Below, piece by piece: positions 31,915-39,652 of a stretch of DNA of 64,000 bases; the stretch's first letter is position 1, and every line of letters starts with the position of its first letter. Position numbers and translations under genes: made by a program. Source of the stretch: Candidatus Hydrogenedentota bacterium (GTDB lineage Bacteria > Hydrogenedentota > Hydrogenedentia > Hydrogenedentales > CAITNO01); assembly GCA_029776995.1 (NCBI GenBank), contig JAKOTZ010000206.1, positions 168 through 64,167 on the forward strand, in the 5' to 3' direction. The notes beneath the pieces were generated by a model. That model worked only from the letters and a program-made list of their open reading frames with translations. It was not told where the DNA came from and did no database searches.

Positions 31915-32376
31915 ATGGGATACCTGTCAAAAAAAGCCATCATAATCGCGCTGATCCTGACGCTGGTCATCGGGTTCGGGTACCATCGCGCGCGCCGGTT
32001 TGAACAGCGGCGCCAGGAAATAGACCGGCTGAACCGTTCCATCGAAGACGCCAGGCGGAACGTTGAGGAAAAGGAACGCGAAGCAGCCGAGTTGGAAGAT
32101 GAGTTGAAAGTGATGGAAAGTGAGCCGGCCGCCCGGGAATCAGCGGTTCGGGAAGGTTTGCGCTGGCACAGGGAAGGCGAGCGGATTTACATTATTGAAG
32201 AGCCCTGGGCAGTGGTTCCCGCGGAACGGGCAACCGGTGGAAACGCGGAGCGTGATCGCCCACCCGAGAATCCGGGAGGCAGCGGAGGGGAGTTGCCTGC
32301 GGGATCCGGACAGGATGCCGGTCTCACGCCGATGGTGCCTCCTGAGTCCCCGGATGATTCTGCCGCGGTTCCCTGA
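31915..32376 (+). CDS. ftsB: FtsB/DivIC septum formation initiator family protein
   Basis: Single N-terminal TM, coiled coil, ARESAVREGL..REGERIY; conserved position after eno. Confidence 0.7.
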   Translation: MGYLSKKAIIIALILTLVIGFGYHRARRFEQRRQEIDRLNRSIEDARRNVEEKEREAAELEDELKVMESEPAARESAVREGLRWHREGERIYIIEEPWAVVPAERATGGNAERDRPPENPGGSGGELPAGSGQDAGLTPMVPPESPDDSAAVP

Positions 32377-32448
32377 TCGGATTGTGGGGAAAGCGGCGCA
32401 GGATAAAATAATACTTGATTGTTAAAAATTTTTGACAGGAGTGTCTGT

Positions 32449-32943
32449 ATGGATGCACTGGAAGCCTTGCGTACGCGTCGCAGCGTGCGTCAGTATGACA
32501 CGGAACGGGGTGTTGCTGACGCGGATCTCGAGACGCTGGTGGACTGCGCGCGGCTTGCGGCCAGCGCCCGGAATGCCCAGCCGTGGGAATTCGTCGTGGT
32601 TCGTGATGCCGCTACCCGGGCGGAATTGGCCCGCGTGGCCACCAACGGATCCTTTATCGCGGACGCGCCTGCGTGTATCGCGGTCTTTTGCCGAAAAAGC
32701 GATTATTTTCTGGAAGACGGATGCGCGGCCACCCAGAATTTGCTGGTAGCCGCCCGCGCTTTGGGCCTGGGATCCTGCTGGGTGGCCGGCCATCGGAAAC
32801 CCTATGCGGACACGGTTCGTAAAATCCTGGGCGCGCCGGATGACATGCTGCTGATCAGCCTGGTTGCGGTCGGGTATCCTCTTGCCGTGCCGTCGCCTGT
32901 CAAACGGCCGCTTGCGGATGTGCTGCACTGGGAAAAATTTTAA
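32449..32943 (+). CDS. Nitroreductase family protein
   Basis: RRSVRQY, ASARNAQPW, ARALGLGSCW. Confidence 0.92.
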   Translation: MDALEALRTRRSVRQYDTERGVADADLETLVDCARLAASARNAQPWEFVVVRDAATRAELARVATNGSFIADAPACIAVFCRKSDYFLEDGCAATQNLLVAARALGLGSCWVAGHRKPYADTVRKILGAPDDMLLISLVAVGYPLAVPSPVKRPLADVLHWEKF

Positions 32944-33000
32944 GTTGAACTCCGCTGGCATTCAGATGTGTCTGTCCATCCCGCCGGGGCCTTGGGCGCC

Positions 33001-33684
33001 ATGAATCACGCGTATGTCTGGATGACCCTGGGCGCGGTCGGAGGCATTTTGTTCTATGGCCGGTTTTATGTGCAGTGGCTGGCTTCCGAACGGGCGGGCA
33101 GGGTCGTCGTGCCCATGGCCTTCTGGTACATGAGCATGGTCGGCGCGCTGTTGACTTTTGCCTATTCCGTCTGGCGCCATTCACCGGGAGCGGCCTTTGG
33201 GTTATGTTTCAACGTGATTGTTTATGCCCGGAACCTTGCGCTGCGGTGGCGGGAATCCGGACGGTTGACACCGTCCCGGAATGTGCTGGCCCACGCGCTG
33301 GCGGGTGCAGTAACCGTGGCGGCCGTGATCCTGACCGTCTGGGTGTGGCGCGGCGAATGGGTTCGGAACGCGGAGCTTTCCCCTGAGGAAGCCGCGCGGA
33401 ACTGGTTCTGGCTGGGGCTCTGGGCGCTCGGCCAGGCTGCGTACTTCGCGCGTTTCGGCGTGCAGTGGGCATTATCCGAGTGGCTCGGAAAAAGTGTGAT
33501 TCCCAGGGTGTTCTGGCTGCTGAGCGGTATCGGCGCGCTGTGCCAGGCCCTGGGCTTTTTCATGCGGCCCGAACCGGACTGGATCAACGGTTTCGGCCAG
33601 GGCTTCAACCTGCTGATCTACGCGCGGAACCTGATACTTTCCGGAAAAAACGGCGCGGCGGATGGAGGCGCGGCAAATGCCTGA
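33001..33684 (+). CDS. Membrane protein with two lipid-A-biosynthesis N-terminal (LAB_N) domains
   Basis: Repeated RFxVQWxxSE...PxxFW motif. Confidence 0.8.
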   Translation: MNHAYVWMTLGAVGGILFYGRFYVQWLASERAGRVVVPMAFWYMSMVGALLTFAYSVWRHSPGAAFGLCFNVIVYARNLALRWRESGRLTPSRNVLAHALAGAVTVAAVILTVWVWRGEWVRNAELSPEEAARNWFWLGLWALGQAAYFARFGVQWALSEWLGKSVIPRVFWLLSGIGALCQALGFFMRPEPDWINGFGQGFNLLIYARNLILSGKNGAADGGAANA

Positions 33685-35551
33685 ACGTTGGGTGATAGCT
33701 GGGTTGGCCGCGATGGCGGCGGTGCTGTTTTTCTGGAATGTGGGCGGTTACGACCTGTGGCCGGCGGATGAACCCCGGTTTGGGCAGATTCCCCGGGAGA
33801 TCCTGCAGACAGGCGACTGGCTGGTGTTGCAGTGTAATGGGAAACCCTATAAAGAAAAGCCGCCGCTGCTGTTCTGGGCGATTGCCGCGGTATCCGCGCC
33901 GTTCGGCGACGTATCAGAATGGACGGCCCGTTTTCCGTCGGCTTTGGCGGGGATCGTAACGGTTCTGCTGACTTTTCTTTTGGCTTCCCGTCTGTACGGC
34001 CGCCGCGTGGGATGGTGGTCGGCCGTAATGCTCATGACCATGGCCCTGTTCTGGTGGGAAGCCAGATCGGTCCGCACCGATATGTTGCTGACCTGTTGCA
34101 TGACGGCCTTCCTGTACGCTTTTTACCTGTGGCACACCACGTTTTCACGGGCGGCGTGGTGGGGCATGGTGGCTGCCCTGGCGTTGGGGCTTTTGACAAA
34201 AGGACCACCCGCGCTGGTTTTTCCCGCGCTGCTGATCGCCGTGTTCTACTGGAAGCGGGTGGAGCGGGAGAATCTGCGGTGGGTCTGGCTGTTTGGCCTG
34301 GCGCTGATACCGGTCCTGTGCTGGCTGATCCCGGCGCGGTGGTCGCTGCCGCCCGATCCGGATGCTGGAACGTTGCGGGATGAATTCATGCGCCAGGTGG
34401 TCGGGCGTTTTTTCCTTGGCGTCAGCAAAGCGGCGCCCCCATGGGCGTACCTGATTGATATTCCCATCGGTACGCTGCCGTGGGCGTTGTTTCTCCCCTG
34501 GATTCTGCCGTGGGTATGGAAAAAACGCCGCGCGGACGAAGGGATGCGGTTGCTGCTGTCGTGGATCGTTCCCGCGTTTATCTTTTTCTCGATCAGCATC
34601 GGCAAGCGCAATGTGTATCTTCTCCCCATTTATCCGGCCCTGGCCATACTTTTCGCCCGGTCGGTACTGGACCTGATGGATCGGTCCGAGTCCGCGTGGG
34701 CCCGGCGGGTGGGATGGATATGGGTTGTGGCGCTGTCGCTGCTGTCGGCCGCCATGCTGGCTGTGCCGTTTTCGCCTTTCCGGTCAATGTGGAGGCCGGC
34801 GTTGGTATTTCTCGCGGCCGCGCTGGCGCTGTGCGCGGGATGGATGGCCTGGCTGATCAGGCGGAGAGGCGGGCGTGGAATTCATGTTGTTATGGCGGCG
34901 CAGTTTGCGGTTCTGGCCGTTTTCACGGCCCAGTTCTTTTTCCCCGCGCTGAATGTGTACAAAGGGGTTGGCGCGTTCTGCGCTCCCCTGCGCGCCCTGT
35001 CTGGTCTGGTCGAAAATGGGGAAAGCGAGGATTATCGCCTGTACACCATAGGCTTTTCCCGGGAACAGTACATTTTTTATACCCGTCATTTTCACACCCC
35101 GGTACTGACCGAAATGCTGCATATTGATCTGGGGCGCGATGTGGACTGGTTTACGATGGCGCAGGCTCAGGCGACACTGCGCTACAAAGCCTTTAAAGCC
35201 GTTCGGGAAGTGCCCGTGCAGGATCTGAACCATCCCACGGAGGCTGAGAAGCGTGCCCTGCTGGAAGCCGTTCAGCAGGCGGTTCGGGACGCCGGGGTGG
35301 ACCAGGAACTGGCGGAAAAATTCTACCGGGCGCTGCTGGAGGAAATGGATCGGTTTATGGCAGATTTCAACGCGCCGGGACCGGCTTATGTCCTGATTCA
35401 GAAACCCGACTGGAAGTGGATTATGGCCCTGTGCCCCCAGTTGGACGCGGCCACCGTGATCAAAAGTGACGCCATCGGACAGCGGGAAATGACCCTGCTG
35501 GCCAACCCGGATGGCGTAAAGGCGCTGAACCGGTTGGGGTATACGTTTTAA
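33677..35551 (+). CDS. ArnT/PMT-family polyprenyl-phosphate-sugar glycosyltransferase
   Basis: DEPRF, EKPPLLFW, ARFPSA, LTKGP, KRNVYLLP; many TMs. Confidence 0.88.
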   Translation: MPERWVIAGLAAMAAVLFFWNVGGYDLWPADEPRFGQIPREILQTGDWLVLQCNGKPYKEKPPLLFWAIAAVSAPFGDVSEWTARFPSALAGIVTVLLTFLLASRLYGRRVGWWSAVMLMTMALFWWEARSVRTDMLLTCCMTAFLYAFYLWHTTFSRAAWWGMVAALALGLLTKGPPALVFPALLIAVFYWKRVERENLRWVWLFGLALIPVLCWLIPARWSLPPDPDAGTLRDEFMRQVVGRFFLGVSKAAPPWAYLIDIPIGTLPWALFLPWILPWVWKKRRADEGMRLLLSWIVPAFIFFSISIGKRNVYLLPIYPALAILFARSVLDLMDRSESAWARRVGWIWVVALSLLSAAMLAVPFSPFRSMWRPALVFLAAALALCAGWMAWLIRRRGGRGIHVVMAAQFAVLAVFTAQFFFPALNVYKGVGAFCAPLRALSGLVENGESEDYRLYTIGFSREQYIFYTRHFHTPVLTEMLHIDLGRDVDWFTMAQAQATLRYKAFKAVREVPVQDLNHPTEAEKRALLEAVQQAVRDAGVDQELAEKFYRALLEEMDRFMADFNAPGPAYVLIQKPDWKWIMALCPQLDAATVIKSDAIGQREMTLLANPDGVKALNRLGYTF

Positions 35552-36528
35552 TGGGCAGAAGCAGCGTCCGTTTCTGATCCGGTTGGAGAGACCGTGTCTT
35601 CTGCCTTCTTGATCAATTCCACGTGGACATGAGCCGGAGCGCAGGGTTCAATACGTACCCGGTTTTCTCCGTTTCGCGCCAATGACGTGATATCAGCGCG
35701 GAACAAATTTTGTCCGACTGGTATCGCGTCGCTGTCATTGACAGTCACGGACATGTTATCGCACGCCGTGTCGACCACCAGCCAGGCCTGAACTTCCGGA
35801 TCGGGAGAGGGATGGGTCCAGACGCCCAGGAATGGCCCCGGGCCCGGTATGGATGCCGGAACCCGGTTCCAGGGAGCCTGCCCGAAAGCAACCAGCGGCT
35901 CCGCGCTTACGGTAATTTTGGAAATATTGCGGCGCGCTTTCCAGTTGCGGTCGACTTCGCCGGTAATCACGGCGCCTGATGTCATCCGAACCCGCCAGCG
36001 TCCCGCCAGGCCGGCCGGCGTGGACGGCATCGTGTTAATCACCCGGATGGATACCTGGTTGATCCCGGGTTTCAGCAGGGAGGTAATATCCGCGTTTACG
36101 GGCAGGGGGAGGGATGGGGGCGCGGTCTCTTCTTTCGGTTCAGGTTGTTTTTCCGGGTTGGGGATGAGGCCGTTCAGACCGCCCTGTCCGGCAGGCTGGC
36201 CGTTGACCATCAGGGTAAAGAGGTCATCCGCGTGCAGCAGGAATTCTCCCCGCGCGATCCGGTCATTTTCAGGGAGGGCGATTGTCCCCGTGAAAATGAC
36301 GTGGATGGTGGGCGCGGCTACAGTAGCGTTATCTCCCGGATGCCACATCCAGTAACAGCCGTACAGCGACAGCGGCTGTTCCCCCGCCGGCACGGACTCC
36401 AGGGGTTGCACGGCGATTACCGACTGGGGCGCCGTAACAGGTTCCTCAGCGGATCGCGCGGCCGGATGCGTGAACAAACACAGCAGCAGCCCAAACCCTG
36501 CCGTCAGATAAGCGCGTTTAAAAGTCAT
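35548..36528 (-). CDS. Secreted beta-sandwich protein resembling non-catalytic domains of rhamnosidase/GH2-type enzymes
   Basis: Signal peptide; WMW, ADDLFTLMVNG, DITSLLKPGINQ, PAGL and a second DITSLARNGEN motif. Confidence 0.65.
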   Translation of the reverse strand: MTFKRAYLTAGFGLLLCLFTHPAARSAEEPVTAPQSVIAVQPLESVPAGEQPLSLYGCYWMWHPGDNATVAAPTIHVIFTGTIALPENDRIARGEFLLHADDLFTLMVNGQPAGQGGLNGLIPNPEKQPEPKEETAPPSLPLPVNADITSLLKPGINQVSIRVINTMPSTPAGLAGRWRVRMTSGAVITGEVDRNWKARRNISKITVSAEPLVAFGQAPWNRVPASIPGPGPFLGVWTHPSPDPEVQAWLVVDTACDNMSVTVNDSDAIPVGQNLFRADITSLARNGENRVRIEPCAPAHVHVELIKKAEDTVSPTGSETDAASAH

Positions 36529-36564
36529 GATACGTTTCCCTCGCTGGCATTGTATCATTAGCCT

Positions 36565-37623
36565 GTGAGACGTTCTTTATTTTACAACTTTCATGACATT
36601 AGGTGCTCCCGGGCGGCGTGCTTTTCCCTGTGCTTTTTCTGCGTTGCCGGGGCGCTGGTGGGTGGTGCGTACGCGGAGCCGGTGCCTCCCCATCCTGCTG
36701 TGCCCCGGGTTTACCGGGAGGGGCTGTTCACCGTGTTCCATGCCGAGCGGGACGCGGAGCTGGCCCGGCGCGTTGCCGCTTGGCTGACTGATACGGCTGA
36801 GGCCATGCAGCCGGTGCTGCCTACTGGAACGGATCCGGTTAACATCGTTTTGGCGCCGGACATCAACGTATTTATGGCCTTTGCCCGGAGCTGGCGCGCG
36901 GGGCAGGTGGTAGGCATGGCCATGCCGGAGAAGGGATGGATTGTGCTCATGTCGCCCCGGGACCGCTCCGCGGGAAGCGACATCCGGGCCACGGCAGTAC
37001 ACGAGCTGGTGCATGTGCTGCTGGCCCGAAACACCCGAGAATATTACCTGCCGAGATGGTTGAATGAAGGGGTATGCATGCTCGTGGCGGGGGAATATGC
37101 CATCGCGTCGCCCATTACCGTGGGGCGCATGTTTCTGGAAAACCGCATCATCCCCTATCACGACCTGGATTTCGCGTTTCTGAATCCCGGCGAGGAAATG
37201 GTATTCAACGACGCCTATGCCCAGGCGCTTTCCATGACCCGTTTTCTGAAACGGAAACTGGGCGGTGACCGGTTCTGGCTGGTGGTTCGCAAAACAGAAG
37301 AAATGGCGTTTGCGGATGCTCTGAGCCGGTTTGGCGGCCTGACGGTACTCGAATTCTGGGATGCCTACCGGCGTTCACTCTGGCTGGTGGCCCTGATTGG
37401 AGTTCTTGCTTCGGGGTCATTGTTCGCCCCGGTGGCGCTGCTGTCGCTGGTGGCATGGTGGAGGATACGGCGGCGCAACCGCAGCATCCTGGACCGGTGG
37501 GAGGAGGAGGAACGGAACGACCTCGAGGACCGGAAGCGCGGGCTGCCGCCCATCATGACCTGGGAAGAAGCCGTCAATGATCCCGACAGTTATATTCCGG
37601 GAATTGACGACGAAGAAGACTGA
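36565..37623 (+). CDS. Peptidase MA-like zinc metalloprotease, membrane anchored
   Basis: HELVH...PRWLNEG, AYAQA; C-terminal TM and acidic tail. Confidence 0.82.
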   Translation: MRRSLFYNFHDIRCSRAACFSLCFFCVAGALVGGAYAEPVPPHPAVPRVYREGLFTVFHAERDAELARRVAAWLTDTAEAMQPVLPTGTDPVNIVLAPDINVFMAFARSWRAGQVVGMAMPEKGWIVLMSPRDRSAGSDIRATAVHELVHVLLARNTREYYLPRWLNEGVCMLVAGEYAIASPITVGRMFLENRIIPYHDLDFAFLNPGEEMVFNDAYAQALSMTRFLKRKLGGDRFWLVVRKTEEMAFADALSRFGGLTVLEFWDAYRRSLWLVALIGVLASGSLFAPVALLSLVAWWRIRRRNRSILDRWEEEERNDLEDRKRGLPPIMTWEEAVNDPDSYIPGIDDEED

Positions 37624-37638
37624 ATCCCGGTTTGCCGA

Positions 37639-38940
37639 TCAGGAATTCACGTATTCGTCGATGGCCTGGCGCAAGGTCTGGAAAATCCAGCGCCGTTTCT
37701 CATCGTTGGACTCGAGCAGCGTGATGCGGAATCCATCGTGCCGGCAGTGGAATCCGGTCAGCGGTACCACGACGATCCCCGTGGCGCCCATCAGGTAATA
37801 CACAAACCGCTTGTCCGCGGGCACGTTTCGCACGAGGTCCTCGATCTGTGCCCGGATGACCGGATTTTCAATGTGCAATTTCTGGTGCCCGTTCAGGACG
37901 CCTTCCCGGAACATGACCGTCAGGTAGAAAGCCCCGCCCGGTTTGTTCACGACCACCGCGTCACAGCCCTCGAACGCCCGGACCGCCTCTTCGGCCCGCT
38001 GTTCAAAGATCGATGCCCGGTGCTGGAGGTGGCTTTTGTACCGGGGGTCGCCAAAAACCCGGGGAATGGACATCTGAGGCAGGGTCGTCGAACATACTTC
38101 CAGGCGTTTGGCCGCCAGAATGCTGTCCACGTAATCGCTGAAATTGCTGTCCTTTTTCCGGTTGAGGATCTCGATCCACCCGCAGCGCGCGCCGGGCCAC
38201 GGGTATTCCTTGCTGATGCCCCGCATGGCGATAGCCGGCACATCCTGTACCCACTGGCTCATGTGGAGGTGGGGCTGTCCGGGGAACGTAATGTGGGCGT
38301 ATATTTCATCGGCGATCAGAAACAGGTCATGCTCCTGCGCGATTTTCACGATCTCGTCGAGAATTTCCCGCGGCCAGACCACGCCCGTCGGGTTGTCCGG
38401 AGACAGAATCAGGATCCCCGCGATGGAATCGTTATATTTGACCTTGTTCCGGATGTCATCCACGTCCGGAAGCCAGCCGTTGTAGGGGTCCAGGTCGTAG
38501 GTTACGTGATTGTATCCCGAGTGTGCGGCCTCGGCCGAAGAGTGGGTGCTGTAAGCCGGTGAAGGACCCAGCACCCGCGCTTCCCGTTTCAGAAATCCAT
38601 ACACCTTTTCGACCGCGTCTCCCACTCCGTTGAAAAAAATGATGTCGTCCGGGCTGATCTGAACGCCACCCTTCCGGCGGTTTACGGATTCCGCCAGAAA
38701 TTCCCGGGTCGAGATCACGCCCGCCGTGTCGCAGTATCCATAGCTGGCAGGCTGTTCCAACAGGTTATGCAGGATTTCCCGTATCCACTCCGGAGGCACT
38801 TCCCCCTTCTCGATCGGGTCCCCGATGTTTTCCCAGGTGATGTGCTGTCCCAGCGCGCGGATCTGTCGGGCCGTGACGACGATTTCCCGAATCTCATACC
38901 GAAGATTGCCCGCGCCTTCATGAACGATATTCCGCCGCAT
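37639..38940 (-). CDS. PLP-dependent class I/II aminotransferase (AlaA/AspC-like)
   Basis: NIGDP, PDNPTG, ADEIY, GISKEYPWPGARCGW. Confidence 0.93.
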   Translation of the reverse strand: MRRNIVHEGAGNLRYEIREIVVTARQIRALGQHITWENIGDPIEKGEVPPEWIREILHNLLEQPASYGYCDTAGVISTREFLAESVNRRKGGVQISPDDIIFFNGVGDAVEKVYGFLKREARVLGPSPAYSTHSSAEAAHSGYNHVTYDLDPYNGWLPDVDDIRNKVKYNDSIAGILILSPDNPTGVVWPREILDEIVKIAQEHDLFLIADEIYAHITFPGQPHLHMSQWVQDVPAIAMRGISKEYPWPGARCGWIEILNRKKDSNFSDYVDSILAAKRLEVCSTTLPQMSIPRVFGDPRYKSHLQHRASIFEQRAEEAVRAFEGCDAVVVNKPGGAFYLTVMFREGVLNGHQKLHIENPVIRAQIEDLVRNVPADKRFVYYLMGATGIVVVPLTGFHCRHDGFRITLLESNDEKRRWIFQTLRQAIDEYVNS

Positions 38941-39093
38941 TGAAAAAATTCCTTTCCCGTACGGATCCGTTAATTTCCCCGATTCGCGCCCCTACCCGTG
39001 ACGATTGCGTTTCTTCAGGCACGCCCGTTTGCTCACCTCCTTTATGATACGCTTTTTAAATCCGGTCGGTCAAAATGGCATGGGTTCGCGGGG

Positions 39094-39123
39094 TTGAAAA
39101 CCCCGGGCGGTATCTGGTAACAT
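39094..39123 (+). promoter_or_regulatory. Sigma70 promoter candidate for rpsT
   Basis: TTGAAA-N18-TAACAT with TG extension; the -35 sits inside a GGGGTT..AACCCC inverted repeat. Confidence 0.5.
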
Positions 39124-39147
39124 ATTCCCGCTGAAGCCAAAGGTAAG

Positions 39148-39176
39148 ACGCCCGGCGGGTGCGGGCGTATTTTTTT
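39148..39176 (+). terminator. Terminator-like hairpin within the rpsT leader (possible attenuator)
   Basis: ACGCCCG-GCGGGTG-CGGGCGT followed by A and T7, ending 13 nt before the ATG. Confidence 0.55.
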
Positions 39177-39189
39177 CGGAGCTGACAGT

Positions 39190-39474
39190 ATGGCTAATAT
39201 CAAATCGCAGATCAAGCGGATCAGAACCAATGAAAAACGGCGCCTGCGGAACCAGTCTATCCGGTCCCGGATGAAGACGATGGTGAAGAAGGCAATTACC
39301 GCCCAGACATCCGCCACCGAAGATGCGGCCCGGCAGGCGGCGCTGGTCGCGGCCATCTCCGCCATTGACCGCGCGGCGGCCAAGGGCGTCATTCACAGGA
39401 ACGCCGCAGCCCGTAAAAAATCCAGCCTGATGCGCCAGATACAGAAACTGACCGCGGGCGCGGCCGCATCCTGA
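39190..39474 (+). CDS. rpsT: 30S ribosomal protein S20
   Basis: MANIKSQIKRIR..KGVIHRNAAARKKS. Confidence 0.98.
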   Translation: MANIKSQIKRIRTNEKRRLRNQSIRSRMKTMVKKAITAQTSATEDAARQAALVAAISAIDRAAAKGVIHRNAAARKKSSLMRQIQKLTAGAAAS

Positions 39475-39538
39475 TCTGTTCGTGTAACAGGAGGGCCGCC
39501 GGTCGGGTGGCCTGTATTTTGATGGAACAATTATTCAG

Positions 39539-39569
39539 TGGCCTGACGAGCGTCAGGCCATCTTTTTTT
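39539..39569 (+). terminator. Intrinsic terminator after rpsT
   Basis: TGGCCTGAC-GAGC-GTCAGGCCA followed by TC and T7. Confidence 0.8.
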
Positions 39570-39652
39570 CTAAGGGTCTGTAAGCGATTCCCGAATCGGG
39601 AAGGGTATACTGAACACATCTGCTGTGCGGCAGGGAAAGATGGGAACAGCGT

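Noticed and set aside
39032-39043. TCACCTCCTTT resembling the 16S rRNA 3' end
   Set aside because: No other rRNA sequence around it; better read as an SD on the minus strand.
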